Assembly: GCA_002269645.1 (NCBI GenBank)
Contig: NIVC01000532.1
Span: 402,066-466,065 of the forward strand
Origin: Macrostomum lignano
Taxonomy: Eukaryota
Direction: 5' to 3'
DNA length: 64,000 nt
The notes under the pieces are model-generated. The model made no database searches. It was not told the origin of the DNA and saw nothing but the letters and a program-made list of their open reading frames with translations. The translations under genes were made by a program, and so were the position numbers. Shown here piece by piece: positions 47,135-61,510 of the stretch; positions within the stretch are counted from its first letter, which is position 1; each line of letters starts with the position of its first letter.

Positions 47135-49105
47135 ATCACCCTAAACTGCCCTAAGAATCGACATTGAGAATCGCCCTAAACCGCCCTAATAATCGCCATT
47201 GAGAATCACCGTAAACCGCCCTAAGAATCGCCCTAAACCGTCTTGAGAATCGCCCTAAACCGCCCTAAGAATCGCCATTGAGAATCGCCCTAAACTGCCA
47301 TAGAAATCGCTATTAAGAATCGCCTTAAACCGTCTTGAGAATCGCCGTAAACCGCCCTAAAAATCGCCATTGAGAATCGCCCTTAACTGCCCTAAGAATC
47401 GCCCTAATCTGTCCTAAGAGTCGCCATTGAGAATCGCCCTAATCTGCCCTAAGAATCGCCATTGAGAATCGCCCTAAACTGCCCTAAGAATCGCCATTGA
47501 GAATCGCCCTAAACTGCCCTAAGAATCGCCATTGAGAATCGCCCTAAACCGCCCTGAGAATCGCCGTAAACCGCCCTAAAAATCGCCATTGAGAATCGCC
47601 CTTAACTGCCCTAAGAATCGCCATTGAGAATCGCCCTTAACTGCCCTAAGAATCGCCATTGAGAATCGTCCTAAACTGCCATAGAAATCGCTATTAAGAA
47701 TCGCCTTAAACCGTCTTGAGAATCGCCGTAAACCGCCCTAAAAATCGCCATTGAGAATCGCCCTTAACTGCCCTAAGAATCGCCCTAATCTGTCCTAAGA
47801 GTCGCCATTGAGAATCGCCCTAATCTGCCCTAAGAATCGCCATTGAGAATCGCCCTAAACTGCCCTAAGAATCGCCATTGAGAATCGCCCTAAACTGCCC
47901 TAAGAATCGCCATTGAGAATCGCCCTAAACTGCCCTAAGAATCGCCATTGAGAATCGCCCTAAACCGCCCTGAGAATCGCCGTAAACCGCCCTAAAAATC
48001 GCCATTGAGAATCGCCCTTAACTGCCCTAAGAATCGCCATTGAGAATCGCCCTTAACTGCCCTAAGAATCGCCCTAATCTGCCCTAAGAATCGCGATTGA
48101 GAATCGCCGTAAACCGCCCTAAGAATCGCCATTCAGAATCGCCCTAAACTGCCCTAGGAATCGCTATTGAGAATCGCCGTAAACCGCCCTTAAAATCGCC
48201 ATTGAGAATCGCCGTAAACCGCCCTAAGAATCGCCATTGAGAATCGCCGTAAACTGCCTTAAGAATCGCCATTGAGAATCGCCGTAAACTGCCTTAAGAA
48301 TCGTCATTGAGAATCGCCCTAAACCGCTTTAAGAATCGCCATTGAGAATCGCCCTAAACTGCCCTAAGAATCGCCATTCAGAATCGCCCTAAACCGCCCT
48401 AAGAATCGCCATTGAGAATCGCCCTAAACTGCCCTAAGAATCGCCATTGAGAATCGTCCTAAACCGCCTTTAGAATCACCCTAAACTGCCCTAAGAATCG
48501 CCATTGAGAATCGCCCTAAACCGCCCTAAGAATCGCTATTGAGAATCGCCGTAAACCGCCCTAAGAATCGCCATTCAGAATCGCCCTAAACTGCCCTAGG
48601 AATCGCTATTGAGAATCGCCGTAAACCGCCCTTAAAATCGCCATTGAGAATCGCCGTAAACCGCCCTAAGAATCGCCATTGAGAATCGCCGTAAACTGCC
48701 TTAAGAATCGCCATTGAGAATCGCCGTAAACTGCCTTAAGAATCGTCATTGAGAATCGCCCTAAACCGCCCTAAGAATCGCCATTGAGAATCGCCCTAAA
48801 CTGCCCTAAGAATCGCCATTGAGAATCGTCCTAAACCGCCTTTAGAATCACCCTAAACTGCCCTAAGAATCGCCATTGAGAATCGCCCTAAACCGCCCTA
48901 AGAATCGCCATTGAGAATCGCCCTAAACTGCCCTAAGAATCGCCATTGAGAATCGTCCTAAACCGCCTTTAGAATCACCCTAAACTGCCCTAAGAATCGC
49001 CATTGAGAATCGCCCTAAACCGCTTTAAGAATCGCCATTGAGAATCGCCCTAAACCGCTTTAAGAATCGCCATTGAGAATCGCCCTAAACCGCCCTGAGA
49101 ATCGC
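47135..49105. repeat. 35-bp minisatellite (GAGAATCGCCCTAAACCGCCCTAAGAATCGCCATT)n
   Basis: About 55 units with higher-order duplication; two CCCTAA per consensus unit. Confidence 0.95.
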
Positions 49106-49804
49106 CTGTCAGCACACAACAGTTTTGTCAGGGGAAAAGTTGAAGAGAAAGGGATTAGTGTCGGCATCCGCTATGCGGCAGGTACCGCCATCGCCCAGCG
49201 CAGCCCGCTATCGATTGAGCATGATAACTTGAGGCAGGAAATAATTGCTGTTGGCTAAACTCACTCGCTAAGAGAAAAATCGCTAAGCAGGGGCTGGGCG
49301 AGGCGCTTAAATAATGGACGGACTGTTGGCAGGGGAGGGGAGGGGGCAGTTTTGGGAGGGGACCCCGGGCCCCGGCCGCCACTCTGCCGGCCCAGAGAGA
49401 GGAGAAGTATCGATAATCATTAATTTCTCTTAGTTTTCCCATTAGCGTTGGGATAATGAGAGGCTGGGGGAAACTAGGCCCAGATTTTCATTGATTTTCG
49501 CCATCTTACTTTTCCCTTCTCCGTTACCCCCCCCCCGTCTCCGGCGCGTCGCGCTTCGGTTGCCCATCCGCGGCATTCCCACGCTGGAATTGAAACAGCA
49601 GCTCCTTGTATGTCTCTCTTTTAGAAGAAGAAAGTGGAACAGCGGTGGCCCTGTGCTGCTGAATGATCGATTTTCAGCTCCTTCATTCCTAGATTGCAGG
49701 CTCCTCAAATTTTCCTGGCACCACCAGGTTGCGTGCTCGTCCTTTCACCTTTTCGAAAATTTGTTTACCTGATTCAGCTAATGGGTTGTTTTTCAATGTC
49801 GAGT

Positions 49805-50520
49805 TAGATTAGGGCAGAGGATTATCAATATGCAGGTAGATTAAGGCAGAGGATTATCCAATATGCAGGTAGATTAAGGCAGAGGATTATCCAATATGCA
49901 GGTAGATTAAGGCAGAGGATTATTCAATATGGAGGTAGATTAAGGCAGAGGATTATCCAATATGCAGGTAGATTAAGGCAGAGGATTATCCAATATGCAG
50001 GTAGATTAAGGCAGAGGATTATCCAATATGCAGGTAGATTAAGGCAGAGGATTATCCAATATACAGGTAGATTAGGGCAGAGGATTATCCAATATGCAGG
50101 TAGATTAGGGCAGAGGATTATCCTATATCCAGGTAGATTAAGGCAGAGGATTATCCTATATCCAGGTAGATTAGGGCAGAGGATTATCCAATATGCAGGT
50201 AGATTAGGGCCGAGGATTATCCAATATGCAGGTAGATTAAGGCAGAGGATTATCCAATATCCAGGTAGATTAAGGCAGAGGATTATCCAATATCGATGGA
50301 GATTAAGGCAGAGGATTATCCAATATCCAGGTAGATTAAGGCAGAGGATTATCCAATATCCAGGTAGATTTAGGCAGAGGATTATCCAATATTAAGTAGA
50401 TTAAGGCAGAGGATTATCCAATATCCAGGTAGATTAAGGCAGAGGAGTATCCTATATCCAGGTAGATTAAGGCAGAGGATTATCCAATATCCAGGTACAT
50501 TAAGGCAAGGGATTTCCCAA
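49805..50520. repeat. 33-bp minisatellite (GGTAGATTAAGGCAGAGGATTATCCAATATGCA)n
   Basis: About 21 units. Confidence 0.95.
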
Positions 50521-51389
50521 TATCCTAGATGACCTATATAGGTTTAAACAAGTCCTGACAGGACATTGCAACCATCCATCGTTTCACTTCTGCACGCTCG
50601 GAAATCTACTGCAGCAGGCAAATCTGCGTTTTTTATTCTACCGGGCAACCGCTGCCAAACTTTTGCTTCTAGGAGAAAGTAATTTTCTTCAAGAACCCGA
50701 GGTAGCCAGCCAGGAAAGGGAGTGAAGTGGCAACAGCCGCGTCAGGCAATGAATTTTCGAATTAGTAAACAAAAGCGCTTGGATGAAGTGAGAAGGCTGG
50801 CTTTTTGCTTCTCGGACCAGAGTGGACTCAGTTTTTCAACCTGGAAAAAGGAGAGATTTTTCACGGCAAGAGGAGATGGATTTTTTGACTGGTTAAAGAC
50901 GTTCGCATGCCACTAATCAGAGACCAGGTTCTCCTCTTTGTTGCGGGCTGAATATTAAATGAAGCAATCTTTCCACAAATCCTTTTCTCTTAACTAACGC
51001 AGCTCTTAATCTTGATGAAGCTGCCGCATGGCAGTGGTGTTCCAGCGTCACCTGCTCAGTCTTGAACCCTCTTGGGTTAGCCTGCCAGAAATACTTCAGG
51101 TAGAAAGAGATTCTCTCTGCTGCCGTGCACGTGGCCGCGTTCTGGACAGCTCTGCGTTGAACTGTCAGATTCCCAGGCAATGCCGATCAAGAGGGGGCAT
51201 GCTTATACTAAATATTATGCTATAATTTTATAGCTTCTATTGAGCTGTGAACTGATGAAGCTTTGAATCTGTTTGGGATTGGGCGTATAGATGTATGGGA
51301 AAGATATGGGAGTTAGTGCGAGATATGGAGAGTGAGAGGTGAGATGGGAAATAGGTACGGGGGTGAGAGAGGGAGAGGTAATAGATACG

Positions 51390-51835
51390 GGTGTAGAGGC
51401 TATAGATATCACATTAGAGGGAATAGAAATGGAAGTAGAGGCTATAGATATCACATTAGAGGGAATAGAAATGGAAGTAGAGGCTATAGATATCACATTA
51501 GAGGGAATAGAAATGGAAGTAGAGGCTATAGATATCACATTAGAGGGAATAGAAATGGAAGAAGAGGCTATAGATATTACATTAGAGGGAATAGAAATGG
51601 AAGTAGAGGCTATAGATATCACATTAGAGGGAATAGAAATGGAAGTAGAGGCTATAGATATCACATTAGAGGGAATAGAAATGGAAGTAGAGGCTATAGA
51701 TATCACATTAGAGGGAATAGAAATGGAAGTAGAGGCTATAGATATCACATTAGAGGGAATAGAAATGGAAGTAGAGGCTATAGATATTACATTAGAGGGA
51801 ATAGAAATGGAAGTAGAGGCTATAGATACGGCAGT
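51390..51835. repeat. 42-bp minisatellite (GTAGAGGCTATAGATATCACATTAGAGGGAATAGAAATGGAA)n
   Basis: About 10 units, with degenerate purine-rich flanks to about 52010. Confidence 0.93.
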
Positions 51836-52692
51836 AGAGGGAATAGATACGGCAGTAGATGTTATAGATACGGGAGAAGAGGCTATAGATACGGAGGGAG
51901 TGGGGAATTGGATACGGAGGGACAGAGAGAATAGATACGGAGGGACAGAGGGAATAGATACGGAGGGAGTGGGGGAACAGATACGGAGGGACAGAGGGAA
52001 CAGATACGGTGGGGAGAGAAGGAGATAAGTGAATAGAGAGACAAGATGTGAGATAGATACATGTATTATGGAGAGAGGAGTTGGGGCTATAGTGAGAAAG
52101 GCACTTGGAGAATTGTATAGCTGTCCAAGTGAAGGCGTGAACCATATTCCGACTATGAGACCGCAAGCGGTGCAGATTGCATTGAGCTTGGAGAGAGAAA
52201 CTCTGATCGTAACTCCAGCAGCGCCCAGATCGAAGGGTCACGCATATTGGAATGTCTGACTGACAACTTAACTCTCCTCCTCCTCCTCGCGCGTGTTTGA
52301 CCAACTAATTATGAAGCCGAGCTGCTGCTACTGCTGGCAGGCAGTTGCACATGTTATTTGCCAGGCTGGCGAGTGTGGGTACCCTCCATCTTGTTTAATT
52401 CGTTAAGCTGCTGAGAAGCTGATAAGCCACGAAAGCCGAAGGGGGGATGCGAAAGAAGCCTGGATAGCTAGTCTTCAAGTTTTAATAACTCCTTGGAGAG
52501 TTGCTTGCTCCAGGAGAATATTTCTCAGGCCTGTGAATGGAAATCCTTCCACAGTGCCTAGCCAAGCCCCTTAGCGAATGTGTACTGCTGTACCATACAG
52601 GAGTTTTGTAGCTGCAGTTTTAGTACTTTGAATTCTTTGGCTAAATGCGCGCCAATTTTGTGTCAGGGAGTGCCGATTTGGGTTGAGTCAGG

Positions 52693-53222
52693 AAGCGCCA
52701 TACCGGGCGTCAGGAAGCGCCATATCGGGTGTCAGGAAGCGCCATACCGGGTGCCAGGGAAGCGCCATACCGGGTGTCAAGAAGCACCATACTGGGTGTC
52801 AGGAAGCGACATACTGGGTGTCAGGAAGCGACATACTGGGTGTCAGGAAGTGACATACTGGGTGTCAGGAAGCGCCATACTGGGTGTCAGGAAGCGTCAT
52901 ACTGGGTGTCAGGAAGTGCCATACTGGGTGTCAGGAAGCGCCATACCGGGTGTCAGGAAGTGCCATACTGGGTGTCAGGAAGCGCCATACCGGGTGTCAG
53001 GAAGTGCCATACTGGGTGTCAGGAAGCGCCATACTGGGTGTCAGGAAGCGACATACTGGGTGTCAGGAAGCGCCATACTGGGTGTCAGGAAGCGACATAC
53101 CGGGTGTCAGGAAGCGCCATACCGGGTGTCAGGAAGCGCCATACTGGGTGTCAGGAAGCGACATACCGGGTGTCAGGAAGCGCCAAACTGGGTGTCAGGA
53201 AGCGACATACTGGGTGTCAGGG
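52693..53222. repeat. 22-bp minisatellite (GGGTGTCAGGAAGCGCCATACT)n
   Basis: About 24 units. Confidence 0.95.
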
Positions 53223-54411
53223 GCGTCTCAATCTCCGGCATCCCCTCGCCGTCAGGTTCTGCCGCCCCCAATCAGGCAAGCTGTCACCCTGTTGAGCCCA
53301 GGAGATGTACAGCGGACCTTTTCACTTGCGAGCTGCTGCTACAAATAATTAATTAAACAATAGATAGCGTCAAATTAGACAATAACTTCGTACCTTGACT
53401 TGAGTTGATAGCCCAGCGGCCGTCTGCTCTGAGCACTGGCCGAGAAGTTGATTTGCACTCGCCTCCACCGTAGTTGCTGCTGCAGCCGCAGCCGCCAGTC
53501 CCCCAGTTACATAGTGGCCGCTTGGGGTGGTGGTCGGCCTCCAGGGGGGTTGCAGCCAGAAGCAATTCGATAAAATTGAAATCCTATATTAGTTCTTTAA
53601 AACTGGCCTTGCTTCCCCGCATCCGCACCCCGCGCTGCATCGAACAGGCAGTTAACGGGAATCGTTAGTCCTGGGGACAATAATCCCCTCCGCGACCCTC
53701 CCTCCCTCTCCCACTGCGGTGGCAGCGGCTGGCGGCTCGATTTATCGAAGGAACTTAAAAGAAACACAGGCAGCTGGAGCGGAGCTTTGTTGTCCGACAG
53801 GCATCATCTCCCCGCATCCCTGACCTCAGCTGCCGCACAACCCCATTCGCCGTCATCAAAGTCAGAAAATGCCGTAGCAGGAAAGAAAGAAACACAAAGC
53901 AAAAACTGGCGGAGGAGGGGTTGGGGCGGCGATCAAATCGAAGGGATTTTTTTCCCAGTTCGCCCACCGAGCAGCCGACTGTGGGATATCCGATACCGCA
54001 GACAGGCGCAGATCCCCAGAAAAAGAGGGCTAGCATCGATCTACTCAGCGGAGATGAGGAAGGGAGCCTCAGAGAGGGGAGGGAGGGGAGCAGAAACGGC
54101 CCAGGGCGTTATTTCTTGGAATCTGCGGATCTTCTTGTCCTGGCATTGGGCTTGACTGACTCTCTCTCTCTCTCTGTGTCTGAGCAAATCTGTGATTTTT
54201 CTTTAATTCAATACCCCTCCGCCTCAGTTTCATTTACAGTCGGGTAGGTTCCGTCCGTTACTCTTTGCCTACCTGTTTGAGCGGCTGCGAGACCGGGAAC
54301 CGCCCCTATTGCTCAGGGCTGGCTGGTTGTCAGGGTGTCAGGAGCGCCAAAAAAGGGCTTTGTTTACGGCTCTAAGAGGATTCAGGGGCGCCAAAGGAAT
54401 GTCAGAATTTG

Positions 54412-55580
54412 TCACTAGTGTCAGGGGTGTCACTAGAGTGTCAGGGGTGTCACTAGAGTGTCAGTGGTGTCACTAGAGTGTCAGGGTGTCGCTAGAGTGT
54501 CAGGGGTATCACTAGAGACTCAGGGGTGTCACTAGAGTGTCAGGGGTGTCACTAGAGTGTCAGGGGTGTCAGTAGAGTGTTAGGGGTGTCACTAGAGTGT
54601 CAGGGGTGTCACTAGAGTGTCAGGGGTGTAACTAAAGTGTCAGGGGTGTCACTAGAGACTCAGGGGTGTCACTAGAGTGTCAGGGGTGTCACTAGAGTGT
54701 CAGGGGTGTCACTAGAGTGTTAGGGGTGTCACTAGAGTGTCAGGGGTGTCACTAGAGTGTTAGGGGTGTCACTAGAGTGTTAGGGGTGTCACTAGAGTGT
54801 CAGGGGTGTCACTAGAGTGTCAGGGGTGTCACTAGAGTGTTAGGGGTGTCACTAGAGTGTCAGGGGTGTCACTAGAGTGTCAGGGGTGTCACTAGAATGT
54901 CAGGGGTGTCACTAGAGTGTCAGGGGTGTCACTAGAGTGTCAGGGGTGTCACTAGAGTGTTAGGGGTGTCACTAGAGTGTCAGGGGTGTCACTAGAGTGT
55001 CAGGGGTGTCACTAGAGTGTTAGGGGTGTCACTAGAGTGTCAGGGGTGTCACTAGAGTGTCAGGGGTGTCACTAGAATGTCAGGGGTGTCACTAGAGTGT
55101 CAGGGGTGTCACTAGAATGTCAGGGGTGTCACTAGAGTGTCAGGGGTGTCACTAGAGTGTTAGGGGTGTCACTAGAGTGTCAGGGGTGTCACTAGAGTGT
55201 CAGGGGTGTCACTAGAGTGTCAGGGGTGTCACTAGAGTGTTAGGGGTGTCACTAGAGTGTCAGGGGTGTCACTAGAGTGTCAGGGGTGTCACTAGAATGT
55301 CAGGGGTGTCACTAGAGTGTCAGGGGTGTCACTAGAGTGTCAGGGGTGTCACTAGAGTGTCAGGGGTGTCACTAGAGTGTCAGGGGTGTCACTAGAGTGT
55401 CAGGGTGTCGCTAGAGTGTCAGGGGTATCACTAGAGACTCAGGGGTGTCACTAGAGTGTCAGGGGTGTCACTAGAGTGTCAGGGGTGTCAGTAGAGTGTC
55501 AGGGGTGTCACTAGAGTGTCAGGGGTGTCACTAGAGTGTCAGGGGTGTCACTGTAGAGTGTCAGGGGTATCACTAGAGTC
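54412..55580. repeat. 20-bp minisatellite (TCAGGGGTGTCACTAGAGTG)n
   Basis: About 58 units. Confidence 0.96.
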
Positions 55581-56166
55581 AGGGAAGTGTCAGTGTCAGC
55601 TGTATCCCGAGCACCATGTCTGACCCATAGAAAGCGGCCAGATTCTTCTGTGCTTGGGTTTTCGGATTGGCAAAACAAGGCAGACTCTGCACTCCCTGCT
55701 CCAGTTTCATACCCGAATGTGTTCTGTTACGGGTTGGAAAGAGCTGGTGGAAATATTGTTGAGCTCAAAATATAGCCGGTCAATACCAAGGGTGCCTGAA
55801 CTGTGGGCTGATTAAAAGATAACAAGTGCCACTTTAAATAGGCTTGTTAGCAGAAAAGCTTTGTAGGGTTGCTGCATTGACGCCGCAGTCCCCTCTCTTG
55901 GTCGCCGTAATTTGCTGCTCAAACAGTGCGCTCTCTGGATATGGAAATGAGGAGAGCGAACTGAGGACCAATTGAATGCTGCTGTGTTTTCCTGTGTGCT
56001 TCCCTTCTGCTGGCGTGGTGCAGATTAATTATTAACTTAATAAATATTGGCTACTTTCGTTAGCTGGAGCCGCGGGCAAGTGCCGGCTCAAGATAAGTGT
56101 CAAGACGGCTTTGGCAACTGATCAGCGAGTTTGCAGGAATTCTGCTGTGCTTGTCCACTTCAGCTG

Positions 56167-56456
<290 letters not shown>

Positions 56457-57239
56457 GACAGCAACAGGATATTGCTGTGCCGCACTCTTCCCCACTCCCA
56501 ATCCCATTGTCTTTCACTCGTAGACGGGTTGGCGTGGAGGCTGAAGATGGAGAGGAGAGACACAGGGTGTCAACAATATCGGATTGCTTGGAGGCCAGCC
56601 TGAGCACGGGACCCACTCCATTCAATTTTTTGTCTCGGCCCTTTATGCTCGAGTAAACTTTGAGCGCCGCGGGAGGCGGATAGGCGATGCCGGGCAGACA
56701 GAGAGAAGTTTTACGAAATTCAATCCCTTGTAGAGTTCCGCAGCCGCCCCCCTTCCCACTCCGGTGTTTTTGCAAATCTCTCATCTCAATTCTTGGCTTC
56801 TCTTGTCTCCTGTCTCTGTAGTCCGCCATGATTATTCTCAGAGCAGAGTTCATCCCCCACTTGGTTTTCAGCCTACCCGTCCCACCGCATAATCCTCCAC
56901 GTCTTTCGGCGCATCCTCTCTGATCCCCAGGATGGGGTGGCTTAAATACCTTCGAGGCTTCGGTAAATCCCTTGGCATTTTGGGGGATTTTACCCCCCCC
57001 CCTCTGTCCGCTAGCGTTGCAGTATTAATTTCCAATTATTTTTCCCATTTGCTTAAGACTGGGATTTTTGCCGTAGGGCCTGAGCTTAGAGAGAGATTTC
57101 TTTTAAAAAAAGTGTTTAGTCGAGTTGTTTAAACACTAAAATCATCGTTAAGGCAGCAAATCTTGTGTTTAATCATTTAGTTGAGTGTTTAGGCATGAAA
57201 GCGAATGTTTAAGTATCAAAAGTGAGTGCTTAAAATCGA

Positions 57240-58440
57240 AGTGAGTGTTTAAGCACCATAATGAGTGTTTAAGCACCATAATGAGAGTTTAAGCACCATA
57301 ATGAGTGTTTAAGCACCATAATGAGAGTTTAAGCACCATAATGAGTGTTTAAGCACCATAATGAGTGTTTAAGCACCATAATGAGTGTTTAAGCACCATA
57401 ATGAGAGTTTAAGCACCATAATGAGTGTTTAAGCACCATAATGAGTGTTTAAGCTTCATAATAAGGTGTTAAGCATCAAAATCGAGTGTTTAAGTATCAT
57501 AAAAAGTGTTTAAGCGTAAGTGTTTAAACATAAGAGTGAGTATTTAAGCATCGCAATGAGTGTTTAAGCATAATAGAGTGTAAGCATAATGGTGTTTAAG
57601 AATAAGAGTGAATGTTTAAGCATCATAATAGAATGTTTAAGCATCATAATAAAATGTTAAAGCATCATAATAGAATGTTTAAGCATCATAATAGAATGTT
57701 TAAGCATCATAATAGAATGTTTAAGCATCATAATAGAATGTTTAAGCATCATAATAGAATGTTTAAGCATCATAATAGAATGTTTAAGCATCATAATAGA
57801 ATGTTTAAGCATCATAATAGAATGTTTAAGCATCATAATAGAATGTTTAAGCATCATAATAGAATGTTTAAGCATCATAATAGAATGTTTAAGCATCATA
57901 ATAGAATGTTTAAGCATCATAATAGAATGTTTAAGCATCATAATAGAATGTTTAAGCATCATAATAGAATGTTTAAGCATCATAATAGAATGTTTAAGCA
58001 TCATAATAGAATGTTTAAGCATCATAATAGAATGTTTAAGCATCATAATAGAATGTTTAAGCATCATAATAGAATGTTTAAGCATCATAATAGAATGTTT
58101 AAGCATCATAATAGAATGTTTAAGCATCATAATAGAATGTTTAAGCATCATAATAGAATGTTTAAGCATCATAATAGAATGTTTAAGCATCATAATAGAA
58201 TGTTTAAGCATCATAATAGAATGTTTAAGCATCATAATAGAATGTTTAAGCATCATAATAGAATGTTTAAGCATCATAATAGAATGTTTAAGCATCATAA
58301 TAGAATGTTTAAGCATCATAATAGAATGTTTAAGCATCATAATAGAATGTTTAAGCATCATAATAGAATGTTTAAGCATCATAATAGAATGTTTAAGCAT
58401 CATAATAGAATGTTTAAGCATCATATAGAATGTTTAAGCA
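57240..58440. repeat. Related 20-bp (GAGTGTTTAAGCACCATAAT) and 21-bp (AGAATGTTTAAGCATCATAAT) arrays
   Basis: The 20-mer spans about 57240-57445. After a degenerate linker, a near-perfect 21-mer spans about 57610-58440 (about 38 units). Confidence 0.96.
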
Positions 58441-59449
58441 TAAAAGGTTCCAGATGACGCAATCTTATACATCAGCCTGTTAGGGCTAAACAATTTTTTT
58501 TTTTATTTCTAGACAATGACAACTTTCTGCTTTGAACAAAGGAACTTTAAAGCTTCGATCAGTAACTCCCCAGTGCAGACGACAAGGACACAGAGATAAA
58601 GAGATAATATCAAGGAATGAGCATTTCTTAACAGTTCATTTAAGCATCCCTTGTGTCGCGATCAGCTGAAAGAGACAATTTTATTGTTTGCACGACTCAG
58701 CGAGTCGCAGAAGCAGCAGCCGCAACAGCAGCAACAGCAGCAGCAGCAGCAACAGCAGCAACAGGTCTCACCTGACCGGCATAAAGGAAGCAGCCAGCGG
58801 AACTGTTGAGAACAGTCTCAAACTGGCTCACTGCTGCTGCTCGCTTCCTGACTCCCTGCCCGGCGTGTTGCGAGATCTTCTGCTTCTTTGGGGGGGGGGG
58901 GTAGGAGGATGATGAGGCAGAGCCAGAAGCTGGGACTGAGTCGCAGCTTGGTCATGCTTGGCGGAGTCTGCAGTAGGAAATGAATGACAGAAGAAGCAGA
59001 GAGGGGAAAAAGAGTAGGCAAAAAGTCGTTTTGGGTAAGGTGAGTTTTTCACCTACTCAGGCTTAGGGAAAAACCTTGGGTAGCCCCTGCGCAATAAAAA
59101 AAGCCTATCAAGAAATTTACGCCAAAATTTTAATTGCTCCGTCGGCTCGACACCCACCGGCTGTGGGATAAAATCAGCACCTGTCAACAGTTATGAGCCA
59201 GCGGGTTTATTACTTATTAATAGGCAATTCTCTACCGCTGTCACGGTTTGTTTCATTCTTAAAGAAAATAAGTTGGAGCTGCCAGCACTGCCGCTTGTCA
59301 ATCCGATTGGCTTTGTAGCATTTTCGGCGCTTTCAGTCTACGGATCTCGGCTGCATATACTGTATGAGAACAATTTGCTGCCTTGGTTCCGTTTTTATGC
59401 TAAGTTTAGTTAGCATTTTTGTTTATCTTATTTCTGATTTCTTCTTATT

Positions 59450-60355
59450 TCATCTCTCCCGCTCTTCTCTATCCTCTCTTCTCCCCTTTCTTCTCTCTTC
59501 TCTCCTCTCCCCTCTCCTCTCTCCTCTGTCTTCGCTCCTCTGTCGTCTCTCCTCTCCACTCTTTCCTCTCCACTTTCCTCTCTCCACTTTCCTCTCTCCT
59601 CTCTCTCTCCTCTCTCCTCTCTCCTCTCTCCTCTCCTCTCTCCTCTCTCCTCTCTCCTCTCCTCTCTCCTCTCTCCTCTCCTCTCTCCTCTCTCCTCTCC
59701 TCTCTCCTCTCTCCACTTTCCTCTCTCCACTTTCCTCTCTCCACTTTCCTCTCTCCTCTCCTCTCTCCTCTCTCCTCTCCTCTCTCCTCTCTCCTCTCCT
59801 CTCTCCTCTCTCCACTTTCCTCTCTCCACTTTCCTCTCTCCTCTCTCCTCTTTCTCTCTCTCTCTCTCTCCTCTCTCCTCTCTCCACTTTCCTCTCTCCA
59901 CTTTCCTCTCTCCTCTCTCCTCCTTCTCTCTCCTCTCTCCTCTCTCCTCTTTCCTCTCTCCTCTTTCCTCTCTCCTCTCTCCTCTTTCCTCTCTCCTCTC
60001 TCCTCTCCTCTCTCCTCTCTCCACTTTCCTCTCTCCACTTTCCTCTCTCCTCTCTCCTCTTTCCTCTCTCCTCTTTCCTCTCTCCTCTCTCCTCTTTCCT
60101 CTCTCCTCTCTCCTCTCCTCTCTCCTCTCTCCACTTTCCTCTCTCCACTTTCCTCTCTCCTCTCTCCTCTTTCCTCTCTCCTCTCTCCTCTTTCCTCTCT
60201 CCTCTCCTCTCTTCTCTCCTCTCTCCTCTCTCCTCTCCTCTCTCCTCTTCTCTTCTCTCTTCCCTCTACTCTCTTCTCTTCTCTGCTCTCTCTCTCTCTT
60301 CTCTCTAATCTTCTCTTCTCTCCTCTCTCTCCTCTCTTCTTTCTCTTCTCTCTCC
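59450..60355. repeat. Polypyrimidine (CTCTC/CTTTC) low-complexity tract
   Basis: About 900 nt, nearly all C/T on the plus strand. Confidence 0.93.
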
Positions 60356-61194
60356 CGTTATAATTTTCCTTGTATATCCTCTCAAACTCCTCTCTCGCTG
60401 TCTTCCAGCTTTCGCTGATCCGCCCCGAAGCGGCACCCAGATCCGGAGCTGGCGTTGGACAACTTTGCTGGCTGCTGCTGCTCAGCTCAGCTCAGCAACC
60501 CAGCCGCGGCCCGGCCCAGCTCAAATCGCTGTCTATCTGCATATCCAAAGTTCTCATGCTCTCCGACTTAGCCTCGGGGGTTGGTGGATCCTCCACAGTC
60601 TCCTCCCTCACCAACGGCACCCAAAGGCTGGACAGAATTTCAAAACAAGGCCATGCAAGATCGGAACCGTATTTTGTGACTCGAACCTGCGCAAGCAAGA
60701 AGCCAGCAAGGGTGGAGTGCCGGCCGGGCCCCTGTCAGAGATTCGGCTTACACAGACTGGGCCCGCCTCCGGGCAGACAGAAAGCTGGTGTGGTGGGACA
60801 GCTTTGATAGACCGGGGGGGGGGGTATGCCATACCGCATATCGACTGTCGCCACGTGCGCTCCCTTCGAATCTCCTCCCCTCCAGAGTGTCGGCTTGCGC
60901 AACAGCTCACGCCGCCTCATCACCGCCTGTGGCTGCTCGTTAATTATTGAAAATTTATCCCGAGGGGAAGAGAGGAGGGGGAGGGAGAGAGCGGCAATGA
61001 GGCGGTTGGCAAGGGGAAGCGAGCGCATCACAAAGTCAACTCCTCTTACTGCGGAGCTGTTTCTGGCGCTTCGGGCGGGATTCGAGATTTCTTGTCTCAT
61101 TAACTGCTCAGTCGGTATTGGATTGGAGATGCGAGACACTCTCCGGTTTCTCTCCAAGCTATTTGTTGTCATCTTTTAGTGACAGCGCAAACAA

Positions 61195-61510
61195 TAAGAA
61201 ACAACAAAGATAACAACAGAGAAAACAACAGCAAAGCTACAACAAAAATGTCAACGACAACAACCAGGAAAACGACAATAACAGTAACAACAGCAACAAC
61301 AACAACAACAACAACAACAACAAAAATAGAAACAATAAAAACAAAAACAATAACAATAACAACAATAACAACAACAACAATAACAACAACAATAACAACA
61401 ACAATAACAACAACAACAATAATAATAATAACAACAATAACAACAGCAACAAAAACAACAACAATAGCAACAAGAAGAAGAACAATAAAGACAAAAACAA
61501 CAATAAAAAT
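61195..61510. repeat. (ACA/ATA)n trinucleotide tract
   Basis: Source of the polyT, polyL and polyC shadow ORFs. Confidence 0.9.

Noticed and set aside
56500-56853. Minus-strand ORF with a charged N-terminus (ADYRDRRQEKPRIEMRDLQK)
   Set aside because: No recognisable domain, and its length is inflated by read-through into the (TATC)n microsatellite.
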